Of a DNA stretch of 64,000 nt, positions 7,972 to 15,788 are shown one piece after another (the stretch's first letter is position 1; each line of letters opens with the position of its first letter). Position numbers and translations under genes: made by a program. The stretch lies in the NCBI GenBank assembly GCA_014240285.1, contig JAAZXI010000003.1:398-64397 (forward strand), written 5' to 3'. Under the pieces are notes generated by a model that was not told the DNA's origin, did no database searches, and worked only from the letters and a program-made list of their open reading frames with translations. The stretch is from Methanobacteriota archaeon (GTDB taxonomy: Archaea > Thermoplasmatota > Poseidoniia > Poseidoniales > Thalassarchaeaceae).

Positions 7972-8424
7972 ATGATGGCGAACTCAACTGGACGGCATAC
8001 GGTCGAGCGGCTCGGAAGTCGCGACCTCAACCTCGATGGGGAAATAATCAACCTCGCCATAGTAGGATCGAGTAGGTTCTACGACTTCATGGTCTTCGAA
8101 GGCGCTATCGAGTATTGGGTAGACAAGAATGGCTATCCAGACCTGATTATCGTTGGCGGTGCGAGCGGGGTCGACTACATGGCCGAGCGCTGGGCCGACA
8201 ACAACTCGGTTCCGATAGCGGTGTTCTCCGAGGAGTGGGGTGATTCCACCAGGAGCCTGATTGACAGAGGTAGGGGCGAGGCTCCCAACACCCTGACTGA
8301 GAAGATTCTGAGTGGGGCCTCGCACATCCTGGCGATGCCTTCGCCGACCAGCAAGTGGACGAGAATAGTGATTGAACAGGCAGCTTCCAGAGGCATTCCC
8401 ACGGATGTTCACGAAGTGGAATGA
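7972..8424 (+). CDS. SLOG-fold protein of the DUF2493/YspA type
   Basis: Motifs are AIVGSSRFYD, LIIVGGASGVDYMAERWA, EEWG and PSPTSKWTRIVIEQAASRGIP. A TTTATT element lies 22 nt upstream of ATG 7972, which fits a leaderless start. Confidence 0.6.
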   Translation: MMANSTGRHTVERLGSRDLNLDGEIINLAIVGSSRFYDFMVFEGAIEYWVDKNGYPDLIIVGGASGVDYMAERWADNNSVPIAVFSEEWGDSTRSLIDRGRGEAPNTLTEKILSGASHILAMPSPTSKWTRIVIEQAASRGIPTDVHEVE

Positions 8425-8425
8425 T

Positions 8426-8503
8426 TGGTGCTCCTGTCGGGATTTGAACCCGAGTCGCCGGGATGAAAACCCGGAATGATGGGCCGTACTACACCACAGG
8501 AGC
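8426..8503 (-). tRNA. tRNA-Glu (anticodon UUC), CCA encoded
   Basis: The reverse complement reads GCTCCTG...CCGGG-TTTTCAT-CCCGG...TCGGG-TTCAAAT-CCCGA-CAGGAGC-A-CCA. Confidence 0.9.
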
Positions 8504-8617
8504 GACGAGGTTACGACAGACAGTCCCCCCATAACGATTCGTCACGGAGGATTGCCCGTTCCTGCGGTGATTATGGTCTGCGATTCGGGCGAGTCAGTGG
8601 AGTTTCAATGAGTCGAT

Positions 8618-10642
8618 TCACTCACGGCGGGTCGCAACAAGAGTGGCTACAAGTGCTGCGGTGATGCTGAGGATGAACCCAAATCCAGGGATGCTTGTTG
8701 CTTCACCATCATCTACTGGAGTTGTATCGGTAACATTGGTTGGGACATCTTCAGGCATCGGTGTCTGATCACAATTGTCAGGAATTCCATCGCCATCTTG
8801 GTCGAGTAAATCATTGTGTCCCGCACACTGGTCGTCGGCATCAGATATCCCATCTGCATCCGAATCTATCAGAGAATCGCAACCATCTGGAGTCCCATCT
8901 GCATCTACATCCACAGTGTCGTCATATCCCGGGCAGGCATCAGAGGAGTCCGCTACACCATCTGCATCCGAATCTATCAGAGAATCGCAATCGTCTGGAA
9001 TTGAGTCGCCATCAATGTCTATATTGTCGTCAAATCCATTACAAAGGTCCACATTGTCCTTGACACCGTCCGCATCCGAATCATCGATGCAACCATCGCC
9101 ATCTTTGTCCCATGGAATTGATTCTTCATTACTGCAATAATCTATCCACGATTCAACGTAATCGCCCGGTGTCAGATCTTTGCCGACAAATCCGGGGAAC
9201 GAACTATTGTATCGATGTGTCTTGAACACCTTATTCTTGCTAGTTTTCCCATTTTGATGGAGGGGGATGTCGTCACCCTGATTCAGCGGCCCGGTATCAA
9301 TCACTGGATTGATGTATTTCCAGACGACATCGCCTTCCGGATTGACCTCAATGAACGTGCCATGGACACCCACTGTCACCAATGTGTTACCATTCTCCAA
9401 TCGCTCTACTCCCCCCAAAGAGGTCGCATACATACTCGTACCTTGATCCCATGACCAACTGGGTGATGCTGGGCCCCAAGAACTGCCGGATTGTAAGACA
9501 TATTCGCCATTGACCAGAGGGGGGGAAATGACATCGACTGAAGAATAACTTGTGCTACGGCGAACACCATTGTTGAAGACAATCAAATCACCAGCACCGA
9601 GACGTCCTTCATTGATCCACTGAATGTCATGTTGGCCGAACAGTTGCTGATCATCATTTGTTCCCGCGCGATAGGCAACGGGGTTGCCCCAGCGATAGAG
9701 AATGTCCCCTCCCTCTCCCGAGTTGCCTGCGGTATGTCCGGCAGCTTCCTCTGTTGTCGTGCTATGATCGATGATGTAAATCTCGTTAACATTCCTGCAG
9801 GACAATGCAATTTGGTCCAAGATTGGGTTGTAATCGATGCCATTGCAATGCATCCAATCACTCTTGTATGGGTTAAGGATGTCTGGTGAATCAACGAAGT
9901 TGATGTCGAGTAATTCAGGGTGGTTGCCAACGACGCCATAGTTGTCCTTGGTGGAATCGTAATCCTGAATAAGATGGTCCCAAATGTTCCACTCCCAAAC
10001 GATATTGGCTTGGTCTGTTCCGACGGGTTGGACCTCTACGATCTTCTCAGCCCGAAGGGTGTCTTCACTCATCTTGTTGGGATTGCGTCCTGCTTGGTGG
10101 GATTCAGATTCGTTCTTGAAGTCCCACGCAATCATCAGAAAATTACCATTGGGCAATGGTTCGATATCGTGATGGCTGCGATTGGTATCTCCAGGGTAGA
10201 ACCATTCCCATTCCATTTCACTGTCCCAGGACAGGCGCTCAATCTTACCCGCAACCCCGTTGCCATCATGATCAAAATTGGTACCAAGGTTGACCGTTCG
10301 TAGCAAGTCTCCATCCTCAAGCATGTAGACCGCCATACCGGGAGGCAGCCCGCTAGGAGATGTCCACGAGTGAACCATTCGCCCATGTGCGTCAATGAGG
10401 TACGCGCTCTCAGATGACATCGGAGCGAAGAGTGTATAATCCTCATTCACACGATTATCGCAATAGATGAGTCCGACTGTCCATGTGGTATTTCGATTGG
10501 CATTACAAATAGGTTCAACCGGCGAGTCAGAAGGTTCCTGTGCCTCGGTGAGGGAAATAATACCAAATGGCAGTAGCAGTGAAATTAAGAGGACTGCAAT
10601 GATGGAATATGTGCGTGTTGCGCACGCTGGCGACCTTGCCAT
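8618..10642 (-). CDS. Secreted arylsulfotransferase (ASST)-like beta-propeller protein with thrombospondin type-3-like Asp repeats and PGF-CTERM
   Basis: It has a signal/TM segment (IIAVLLISLLLPFGIISL). ASST-like motifs are HHDIEPLPNGNFLMI, WEWNIWDHL, IIDHSTT and GGDILYRWGNPVAY. The C-terminus has D-x-D-x-D-G repeats and ends in PGFGFILSITAALVATLVATRRE. Confidence 0.65.
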   Translation of the reverse strand: MARSPACATRTYSIIAVLLISLLLPFGIISLTEAQEPSDSPVEPICNANRNTTWTVGLIYCDNRVNEDYTLFAPMSSESAYLIDAHGRMVHSWTSPSGLPPGMAVYMLEDGDLLRTVNLGTNFDHDGNGVAGKIERLSWDSEMEWEWFYPGDTNRSHHDIEPLPNGNFLMIAWDFKNESESHQAGRNPNKMSEDTLRAEKIVEVQPVGTDQANIVWEWNIWDHLIQDYDSTKDNYGVVGNHPELLDINFVDSPDILNPYKSDWMHCNGIDYNPILDQIALSCRNVNEIYIIDHSTTTEEAAGHTAGNSGEGGDILYRWGNPVAYRAGTNDDQQLFGQHDIQWINEGRLGAGDLIVFNNGVRRSTSYSSVDVISPPLVNGEYVLQSGSSWGPASPSWSWDQGTSMYATSLGGVERLENGNTLVTVGVHGTFIEVNPEGDVVWKYINPVIDTGPLNQGDDIPLHQNGKTSKNKVFKTHRYNSSFPGFVGKDLTPGDYVESWIDYCSNEESIPWDKDGDGCIDDSDADGVKDNVDLCNGFDDNIDIDGDSIPDDCDSLIDSDADGVADSSDACPGYDDTVDVDADGTPDGCDSLIDSDADGISDADDQCAGHNDLLDQDGDGIPDNCDQTPMPEDVPTNVTDTTPVDDGEATSIPGFGFILSITAALVATLVATRRE
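8765..9109 (-). repeat. In-frame Asp-rich calcium-binding-type (TSP3-like) repeats, including an exact 32-nt duplication 108 nt apart
   Basis: The region encodes DKDGDGCIDDSDADGVKD...CDSLIDSDADGVAD...CDSLIDSDADGISD...DQDGDGIPDNCD. The identical string catctgcatccgaatctatcagagaatcgcaa occurs at 8851-8882 and at 8959-8990. Confidence 0.85.
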
Positions 10643-10703
10643 GCGAAATCGGAGATGCTTGCAGGGGTTAAGGGTCGTGGGTTGTCGTGTTTGTCAGGAT
10701 TCG

Positions 10704-11348
10704 TTACTCACTGTCAGTTGCTTCCGCTAGACCTGTCCACCAGCCCATCACAGGGATGAACAGCAACAGACCCAGAAATCCTCCGACCAACCAAGCAAGT
10801 GGATCCTTCATCAGGCCGAGGAACTCTTCGCCCCATATCCCCAGCACTAGACCTTCCATTCCGAACCTTATCCCTCGGCCGAAAAGACCCGCCACTACGA
10901 ACAGTCTGAGGTCCATCCTGCTGGCTCCCGCTGCCCATGCCAGTGCCTTGTAAGGTATTGGAGAGACTGCGGCGAGGAAAATACCGGCAGACCCGTACCT
11001 GACCATCAGGGTATCGAGTCTGGCAACTGTGGCATCGCTGGCGAAGCGCTCGAGTATCGGCCTGCCAGCATAGGCACCGATTCCATAGCCCCCTACAGCT
11101 CCGACCACGCTTGAGATGGTAGCGACTAGGACGATGGCTAGGATATCGAGGGAGCTGTCGGCCCCTAAGACCATAGGAATGACCAGCAAGTCGGGCGGTG
11201 CTGGCTGAAAGGCTGCTTCGGAGGCCGATACGGCTGCGAGACCGAGCAAGCCCCATTCTCCCGCCCATTCGATTATCGGGTCAGTGATTTCCTTGAACAC
11301 GCACCTTCGTGCCTCCTTTTCAGCATGAACGTTGCTTCCCGCGGACAC
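10704..11348 (-). CDS. YqaA/DedA-related (SNARE-associated, VTT domain) membrane protein
   Basis: It is multi-TM, with FQPAPPDLLVIPMV, YGIGAYAGRPILERF and SPIPYKALAWAAGASRM, which are typical of the YqaA family. Confidence 0.7.
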   Translation of the reverse strand: MSAGSNVHAEKEARRCVFKEITDPIIEWAGEWGLLGLAAVSASEAAFQPAPPDLLVIPMVLGADSSLDILAIVLVATISSVVGAVGGYGIGAYAGRPILERFASDATVARLDTLMVRYGSAGIFLAAVSPIPYKALAWAAGASRMDLRLFVVAGLFGRGIRFGMEGLVLGIWGEEFLGLMKDPLAWLVGGFLGLLLFIPVMGWWTGLAEATDSE

Positions 11349-11399
11349 CGACTAGGCGCGGAGGCGACCCCTGAAAGCGCAGCCAGCCTCCGCCCGAGC

Positions 11400-11897
11400 A
11401 TGGCGGCGGGCGAGGTCTTGGATACCGCCGCGCTGATCGCATGGCCTCTGGAGAGGATGCGTGGCAGCCTCGTTGTCCCATCGCAGAGAGCTGAACTGGC
11501 TAGGATTTCGCCAGATCGTGAGATTTTGCTTGAAGCAGCAGAATTGGAATGGGGTACCCCGGGTCAGACAGCACTCTCCCGCGCCAGCGATATTGCTGCG
11601 ACTACTGGAGACATGGCCGGCCTGTCGTCCGTCGACCTCGAACTACTGGCGCTGGCAATAGAGAGAGTAGCTACACTGGTGACAGACGACTACAGACTGC
11701 AGAACCTGTGCGAGAAGGGTGGTGTGCCTTGGTTATCAGTGACGATGGAGGGAATAAGTTCGCTTTGGTCCTGGGAGTTGCGCTGTACGGGGTGCGGGGC
11801 AGTGCTCCCTTCTCCCGAGGCACCGAACTCAAGTCGGGATCTCGGCGACTGCGCCGATTGTGGCTCCGCCATCAGACTCAGTCGCAAGAGGGACTGA
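11400..11897 (+). CDS. Nob1-like PIN-domain endonuclease with a zinc ribbon (rRNA 3'-end processing)
   Basis: Motifs are VLDTAALI, LSSVDLELLALA and TDDYRLQN, followed by CTGC...CADC. I chose ATG 11400 as the start, so the gene does not overlap the divergent upstream gene. Confidence 0.7.
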   Translation: MAAGEVLDTAALIAWPLERMRGSLVVPSQRAELARISPDREILLEAAELEWGTPGQTALSRASDIAATTGDMAGLSSVDLELLALAIERVATLVTDDYRLQNLCEKGGVPWLSVTMEGISSLWSWELRCTGCGAVLPSPEAPNSSRDLGDCADCGSAIRLSRKRD

Positions 11898-12107
11898 TCA
11901 TTCGGACTCGTCAGCGACGCCTTCTGTCATGCCGCCTCTGTCCATGTCCTGCTCGGCTTCGGATGGACTTCTGACTTCATTCACTGCCGCTTCATACTCG
12001 CCCTTGGCCAATCCGAGACTGCGGGCCAACTGTGGTATCCTCTTGGGACCGAAGAACAGTACTGCGATTCCAATCAGAATCGCCATCTCTGTGGTTCCTA
12101 TTGCCAT
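11898..12107 (-). CDS. tatA: Twin-arginine translocase subunit TatA/E
   Basis: The N-terminus EMAILIGIAVLFFGPKRIPQLARSLG is followed by an acidic tail. Confidence 0.85.
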   Translation of the reverse strand: MAIGTTEMAILIGIAVLFFGPKRIPQLARSLGLAKGEYEAAVNEVRSPSEAEQDMDRGGMTEGVADESE

Positions 12108-12162
12108 GCTATCATCCCTAGGTGAGAGTGTTCTCGTTCAAATGCTTCGGCTCGGTAATCCG

Positions 12163-12420
12163 TCAACCACCAGAAACAGGAGGGAGGAAGGCTACCTCGG
12201 AAGAATCGGTAAGAGGGGTTTTGAGGGATGCGCCGATATGCCCGTCAATCGCCACCCTGAGTCCCGAATCGAGGTATTCGGAGAGTTCGAACCTGTCGAT
12301 AAGTTGCTCGGTCGTAGTCCCGAGCTCTAGGGCGACCTCAATCTCGCGCTCACCTAATCTCTCAGCCAGTGGCCCGAAGAACAGCATCCTGACCTTGACT
12401 GCCCTACCAGTGCCGGCCAT
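12163..12420 (-). CDS. MoaD/SAMP1-like ubiquitin-fold sulfur carrier ending in GG
   Basis: It is 85 aa. The sequence includes VRMLFFGPLAERLG and ends AFLPPVSGG, the same C-terminal signature as MoaD and haloarchaeal SAMP1. Confidence 0.8.
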   Translation of the reverse strand: MAGTGRAVKVRMLFFGPLAERLGEREIEVALELGTTTEQLIDRFELSEYLDSGLRVAIDGHIGASLKTPLTDSSEVAFLPPVSGG

Positions 12421-12497
12421 GAGCAGCCGAGCTCAGCGGCTCCCATCAACCCATCTCTCTCGCAGGGACTATACCATCCGTGCACCACCAAGTGACG

Positions 12498-13190
12498 ATG
12501 AGTGCGCCCGGGGCAGTGGTCTTCGACTGCGACGGTGTTCTAACCGACAACGGCTCCTCGTGGCAGAACATACACGATTACTTCGGGACCGAGAACCTCG
12601 AAACGCTGGAGCGTTTCCTCAACCGTGAAATCAGCGATGACGAGTTCATGGCAGAAGACATACGCCTGTGGACAGCAGTGCAACCTCGCATTCATCGTGA
12701 TGACATAATGCGATGCTACTCCGGGATTACCCTGATGACTGGGGCGCGTGATGTCGTGCGCGAGCTACAGGAGAGGGGTGTCTTCGTGGCCATAGTCTCC
12801 GCAGGCGTAGACGTCTTCGTCGCGAGCATAGCATCGATGCTCAAGGTCGATGACTGGGTCGCCAATGGCTTCGACTGGGATGACGACGGTTGGTTGCAAG
12901 GGCCCGCACCCTCGCTCGTTAACTCGCACGAGAAAGGACAGTTGGTGGAGAAACTCGCTAGGATAGAAGGGATTGATCCGTCGGGAATCGTCTCAGTAGG
13001 AGATTCCAGCACGGACTTGTCGATGATGATCCCTAGTTCCCGGTTCATCGGCTTCAACCCAGCCCGACAGAGGGCTGTGGATGCCTTCAGAGAGGCGGAG
13101 GTGCCGGTAGTAGAGGGTAATGACCTGCGTGATCTCTGGCAGCATCTGTACGACGGTGAGGCGTTTCCCGATTCAGGCGAAGGGGATTGA
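12498..13190 (+). CDS. HAD-IB family hydrolase, phosphoserine phosphatase-like
   Basis: HAD motifs are VVFDCDGVLTD, IVSAG, HEKG and SVGDSSTDLSMM. The specific substrate cannot be read from the sequence. Confidence 0.7.
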   Translation: MSAPGAVVFDCDGVLTDNGSSWQNIHDYFGTENLETLERFLNREISDDEFMAEDIRLWTAVQPRIHRDDIMRCYSGITLMTGARDVVRELQERGVFVAIVSAGVDVFVASIASMLKVDDWVANGFDWDDDGWLQGPAPSLVNSHEKGQLVEKLARIEGIDPSGIVSVGDSSTDLSMMIPSSRFIGFNPARQRAVDAFREAEVPVVEGNDLRDLWQHLYDGEAFPDSGEGD

Positions 13191-14795
13191 GGCTGTGGCG
13201 TGGGTGTGCAGGTTGACCACTGTCAGGATGCAGGGTTTGGGCTGGAACCCCAACATACGTTGGTAGTCGGTCTGATCCTGCCAAGTCGAACTGTGTACCA
13301 TCGTGGTTCCTTTGTGGTTACCGACGTAGTGCCCATGAACGTGACCGGTCACGAAGATGTCTGGGACAGTTGAGATGACCATGCGGTCCTCGGGCTCGGG
13401 TGAAAGCGGGGTCTTTCCGCCCCATGACGGGGCTAGGTGTCTGCGCTCCATCATTGCCCTCATCGCCAGTTCTGGAGATGAGTAAGTAACTGATCTCAGC
13501 CCTGCGACGAAGTCATCGATACTCTTGCCATGATAGGACAGTATGCGTACGCCGTGCAAGCTGAAGTCACACGGATTGCCAACGAACACGGCGTCCGAGT
13601 AGTCCTGCTGGACCTCTGGATCCAACGCCGGCTGCGGTTCAGCTGGACGAACCGCGTCGTGGTTCCCCGGCAGTATCATCAGATCGACCCAATCAGGAAG
13701 ACCCTCGAGCAGTCTCGCCAGTTCGCCGTACTGGTTGAACAGGTCCTTGATTGCTAGGTGGCGCTCCTGCCCCGGGTAGATTCCCACGCCATCTACTCCG
13801 TCGCCGCTCAGTACGAAGTACTTCACAGTCCGGGCCAGGGGGTCTGTTCTGAACCACTCAATCATCTTCTCCCACTGAGGCGCTAAGAAGGTCTTGCTGC
13901 CTACGTGGACGTCGGACAGGAAGGCCGCTGAGACGGCCTCGGCCTCGCTGGCTGCGGCCTTGGGATGCACCCCTAGCGGAGGCATATGGATGTCGCTCAC
14001 TGAGAAATATGGATCCCTGTTGCCTATCACGAAGTGGCCACTGACCCCGACCACATCATCGTTCATCAGACCATCCAGCGAGGGGTGGAAACTAGAGACC
14101 CCAGTGGGTTCCTTCAGCATGCACCTGACCTGCATGGAGTCGTCTTCGATATCAAACCACAGATAACCTCCTTTTGACCACTTATCAACGCTAACAAGAC
14201 CGACCAAAGTGACTTCATAGTCGCGACTTGAGTGTCGCTGCCTGTTGCGCCATGCCTCAGAAGCACTAATCGGACGGCGTGGCAACGCTCGTCCGGCAAT
14301 CAACATCTGGCGAATTTGGCGCAGTCTGTCGGAGAAGCACGACCGGATGTCCTGCATCTTCCCTTCCGTTGTCGAGTGACCGGTTATGTCGAAGTGTATC
14401 TCGATTTCTGCGTCGACATCCTTAGCCTGCATGGGGAAGTCATCGAGACTGTAGTGATCGAGGCCGTAGCGACGCACTGGAGGCGCAAGCACTTGAGTTC
14501 CTACAGGCGCCAGTGTCCGGCCGATAGTGGATCGGCTCTCCGGGTCCGGTAGAGTGGCCTGCTCGGACCTCGGGGTGCTTGGGGGTGCATCGATGGTTTG
14601 GTCAGACGGAACTAGGGTCAACATCTCCTCCACCGTCCTCTCGCTGAGCATCACCACATTCGACCTCTGGGCAGCTTCGATTAGAGAGGAGATGTCAGAG
14701 AGTCGTTGAATTCTCTCCTGAGCGGCCTTACCAAGCACGAGCAGACCAGCAGCGGTCAGTTGTCGTTGCCGTTCCGCCCATTCTCCATCGACCAT
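13173..14795 (-). CDS. DNA polymerase II (PolD) small subunit DP1
   Basis: An OB-like middle region is followed by calcineurin-type phosphoesterase motifs (FLSDVHVGS, LSGDGVDGVGIYPGQ, LPGNHDAVR, TGHVHG). Confidence 0.9.
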   Translation of the reverse strand: MVDGEWAERQRQLTAAGLLVLGKAAQERIQRLSDISSLIEAAQRSNVVMLSERTVEEMLTLVPSDQTIDAPPSTPRSEQATLPDPESRSTIGRTLAPVGTQVLAPPVRRYGLDHYSLDDFPMQAKDVDAEIEIHFDITGHSTTEGKMQDIRSCFSDRLRQIRQMLIAGRALPRRPISASEAWRNRQRHSSRDYEVTLVGLVSVDKWSKGGYLWFDIEDDSMQVRCMLKEPTGVSSFHPSLDGLMNDDVVGVSGHFVIGNRDPYFSVSDIHMPPLGVHPKAAASEAEAVSAAFLSDVHVGSKTFLAPQWEKMIEWFRTDPLARTVKYFVLSGDGVDGVGIYPGQERHLAIKDLFNQYGELARLLEGLPDWVDLMILPGNHDAVRPAEPQPALDPEVQQDYSDAVFVGNPCDFSLHGVRILSYHGKSIDDFVAGLRSVTYSSPELAMRAMMERRHLAPSWGGKTPLSPEPEDRMVISTVPDIFVTGHVHGHYVGNHKGTTMVHSSTWQDQTDYQRMLGFQPKPCILTVVNLHTHATASIPFA

Positions 14796-14867
14796 CCTCA
14801 GCGGGTGTGTTGGGGCCGCTCATGATGATATCGCCGAAATTCCCGGGTCGGTGCCATAGGCACCGAT

Positions 14868-15557
14868 TCAATCGTCCCAATCTGTGAGTGAAGCGAGATC
14901 GACTTCGGAGATCTCCTCAACCACTGTCTTCTTGGTGGCTTGCCAGCTCATGCTACCCTCCCACTCCTCATCGGATGGGTCGAGCTCGGAGGTGTCTATC
15001 TCAGAACTCTCGGCCTGTCCGTCGAACGTTTCGGACTCTCTCTCCTCGCCCTCTACCACCCTGTCTAGGGCCTCGAGTGTCAGCCTGAATGCGAAGGCAG
15101 CGAAAGAGCGTTTGTTGTCAAGCCGGTCATTCCCGCCGTAGTCCATCCTCCTGACTAGGAAGTAATCCTCGGTGACCACTGCCACGTGCACCCTGCCGAC
15201 CTCCTTGTCAGCGGTCGCACCCCCTGGCCCAGCGATACCGGTGATGGATATCGCCACGTCTGAGTCCGACTGGTAGCGCGCCCCCCGAGCCATTTGCACT
15301 GCGACCTCGTGCGAGACAGCCCCGGCCTCGCCTTCATCAAACGCCGTCTTCTCGACGCCGAGCTCGCGCATCTTGGACTCGTTGGAGTATACCACCCATC
15401 CCTGCTTAAACCACTCAGATGCCCCTGAGATGTCAGTGATTAATGATGCCAGCAGCCCTCCTGTGCAAGACTCGGCGGTCGATACGGTCCAACCTCGCTT
15501 GCGAAGTCGGCGGGTCACTCGGGAGGCAAGTCCCGCAGTCTCTTCGACCACGTTCAC
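14868..15557 (-). CDS. CinA C-terminal domain / nicotinamide-nucleotide amidase (PncC)-like protein with an acidic tail
   Basis: Motifs are STAESCTGGLLASLITDISGAS, GWVVYSNESK and ISITGIAGPGG. A C-terminal extension of about 65 aa is very acidic. Confidence 0.85.
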   Translation of the reverse strand: MNVVEETAGLASRVTRRLRKRGWTVSTAESCTGGLLASLITDISGASEWFKQGWVVYSNESKMRELGVEKTAFDEGEAGAVSHEVAVQMARGARYQSDSDVAISITGIAGPGGATADKEVGRVHVAVVTEDYFLVRRMDYGGNDRLDNKRSFAAFAFRLTLEALDRVVEGEERESETFDGQAESSEIDTSELDPSDEEWEGSMSWQATKKTVVEEISEVDLASLTDWDD

Positions 15558-15653
15558 CGGCCATGGCCGACACTCTTGAGAGTTTCACTCGCGTCTTGAG
15601 GCTGAATAGGGGCTCAATAGTGCGGTTGGTGTAACCTAACGTCATTTTATGAT

Positions 15654-15729
15654 TGGTGGGTCCGGCAGGAATTGAACCTGCGATCTTCGCTTTGTAAGAG
15701 CGACGTCATAACCCCTAGACCACGGACCC
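15654..15729 (-). tRNA. tRNA-Val (anticodon UAC), CCA encoded
   Basis: The reverse complement reads GGGTCCG...TCGCT-CTTACAA-AGCGA...GCAGG-TTCAATT-CCTGC-CGGACCC-A-CCA. Confidence 0.9.
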
Positions 15730-15788
15730 TAAGAGAGCGCACAAGCGTTGTGTTCAAATCCTCTGCGGCGTAATGACAGTGCGGAGGA

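Noticed and set aside
7836-8060. A long N-terminal extension of sufS in the ORF track. There are similar extensions for lonB (60110-60244), purF (32199-32258), the acyl-CoA dehydrogenase (19050-19130), etfB (27413-27469) and pdxT (41590-41694).
   Set aside because: The extensions are Arg/Ser/Pro-rich and do not match the family N-termini. Internal ATG or GTG starts reproduce the canonical N-termini (MALDIEAIRADFP, MSRESKQ, MCGIIG, MDFRETEEQ, MGIAVLLKQVPD, LRIGLVMLQGA).
7984-8532. A 182-aa minus-strand ORF spanning tRNA-Glu and antisense to the SLOG gene.
   Set aside because: It contains the whole tRNA-Glu sequence in frame and has no motifs. The plus-strand SLOG gene explains the region.
8765-9109. 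Repeated DNA, including an exact 32-nt duplicate 108 nt apart, which looked at first like a small repeat-spacer array.
   Set aside because: The repeats are in frame inside a long ORF and encode Asp-rich TSP3-type calcium-binding loops. There are only two exact copies, no regular spacer structure, and no cas genes.
10714-11268. A 184-aa alternative-frame ORF on the same strand inside the YqaA-like gene. A similar case is 53700-54185 inside the LysE gene.
   Set aside because: The products are Arg/Gly/Ser-rich with no hydrophobic helices or motifs. The overlapping frames give clean membrane-protein families.
14821-14870. A possible C/D-box sRNA, since ATGATGA at 14821 resembles a C box. A perfect 6-bp hairpin, ggtgcc-ata-ggcacc, also lies at 14850-14864 just after the cinA stop.
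   Set aside because: There is no matching D box (CUGA) or C'/D' pair at the right spacing. The hairpin alone is too short to call a terminator, and archaeal termination generally relies on T-tracts.
15654-15729. The two tRNA-Val genes (15654-15729 and 43473-43548) lie on the same strand and are nearly identical outside the anticodon arm and two acceptor pairs. They might have been attL/attR of an integrated element of about 28 kb.
   Set aside because: They are complete isoacceptors (UAC and CAC) with compensatory acceptor-stem changes. The interval between them is filled with housekeeping genes (aaRS, ribosomal proteins, purF, ETF) and contains no integrase.
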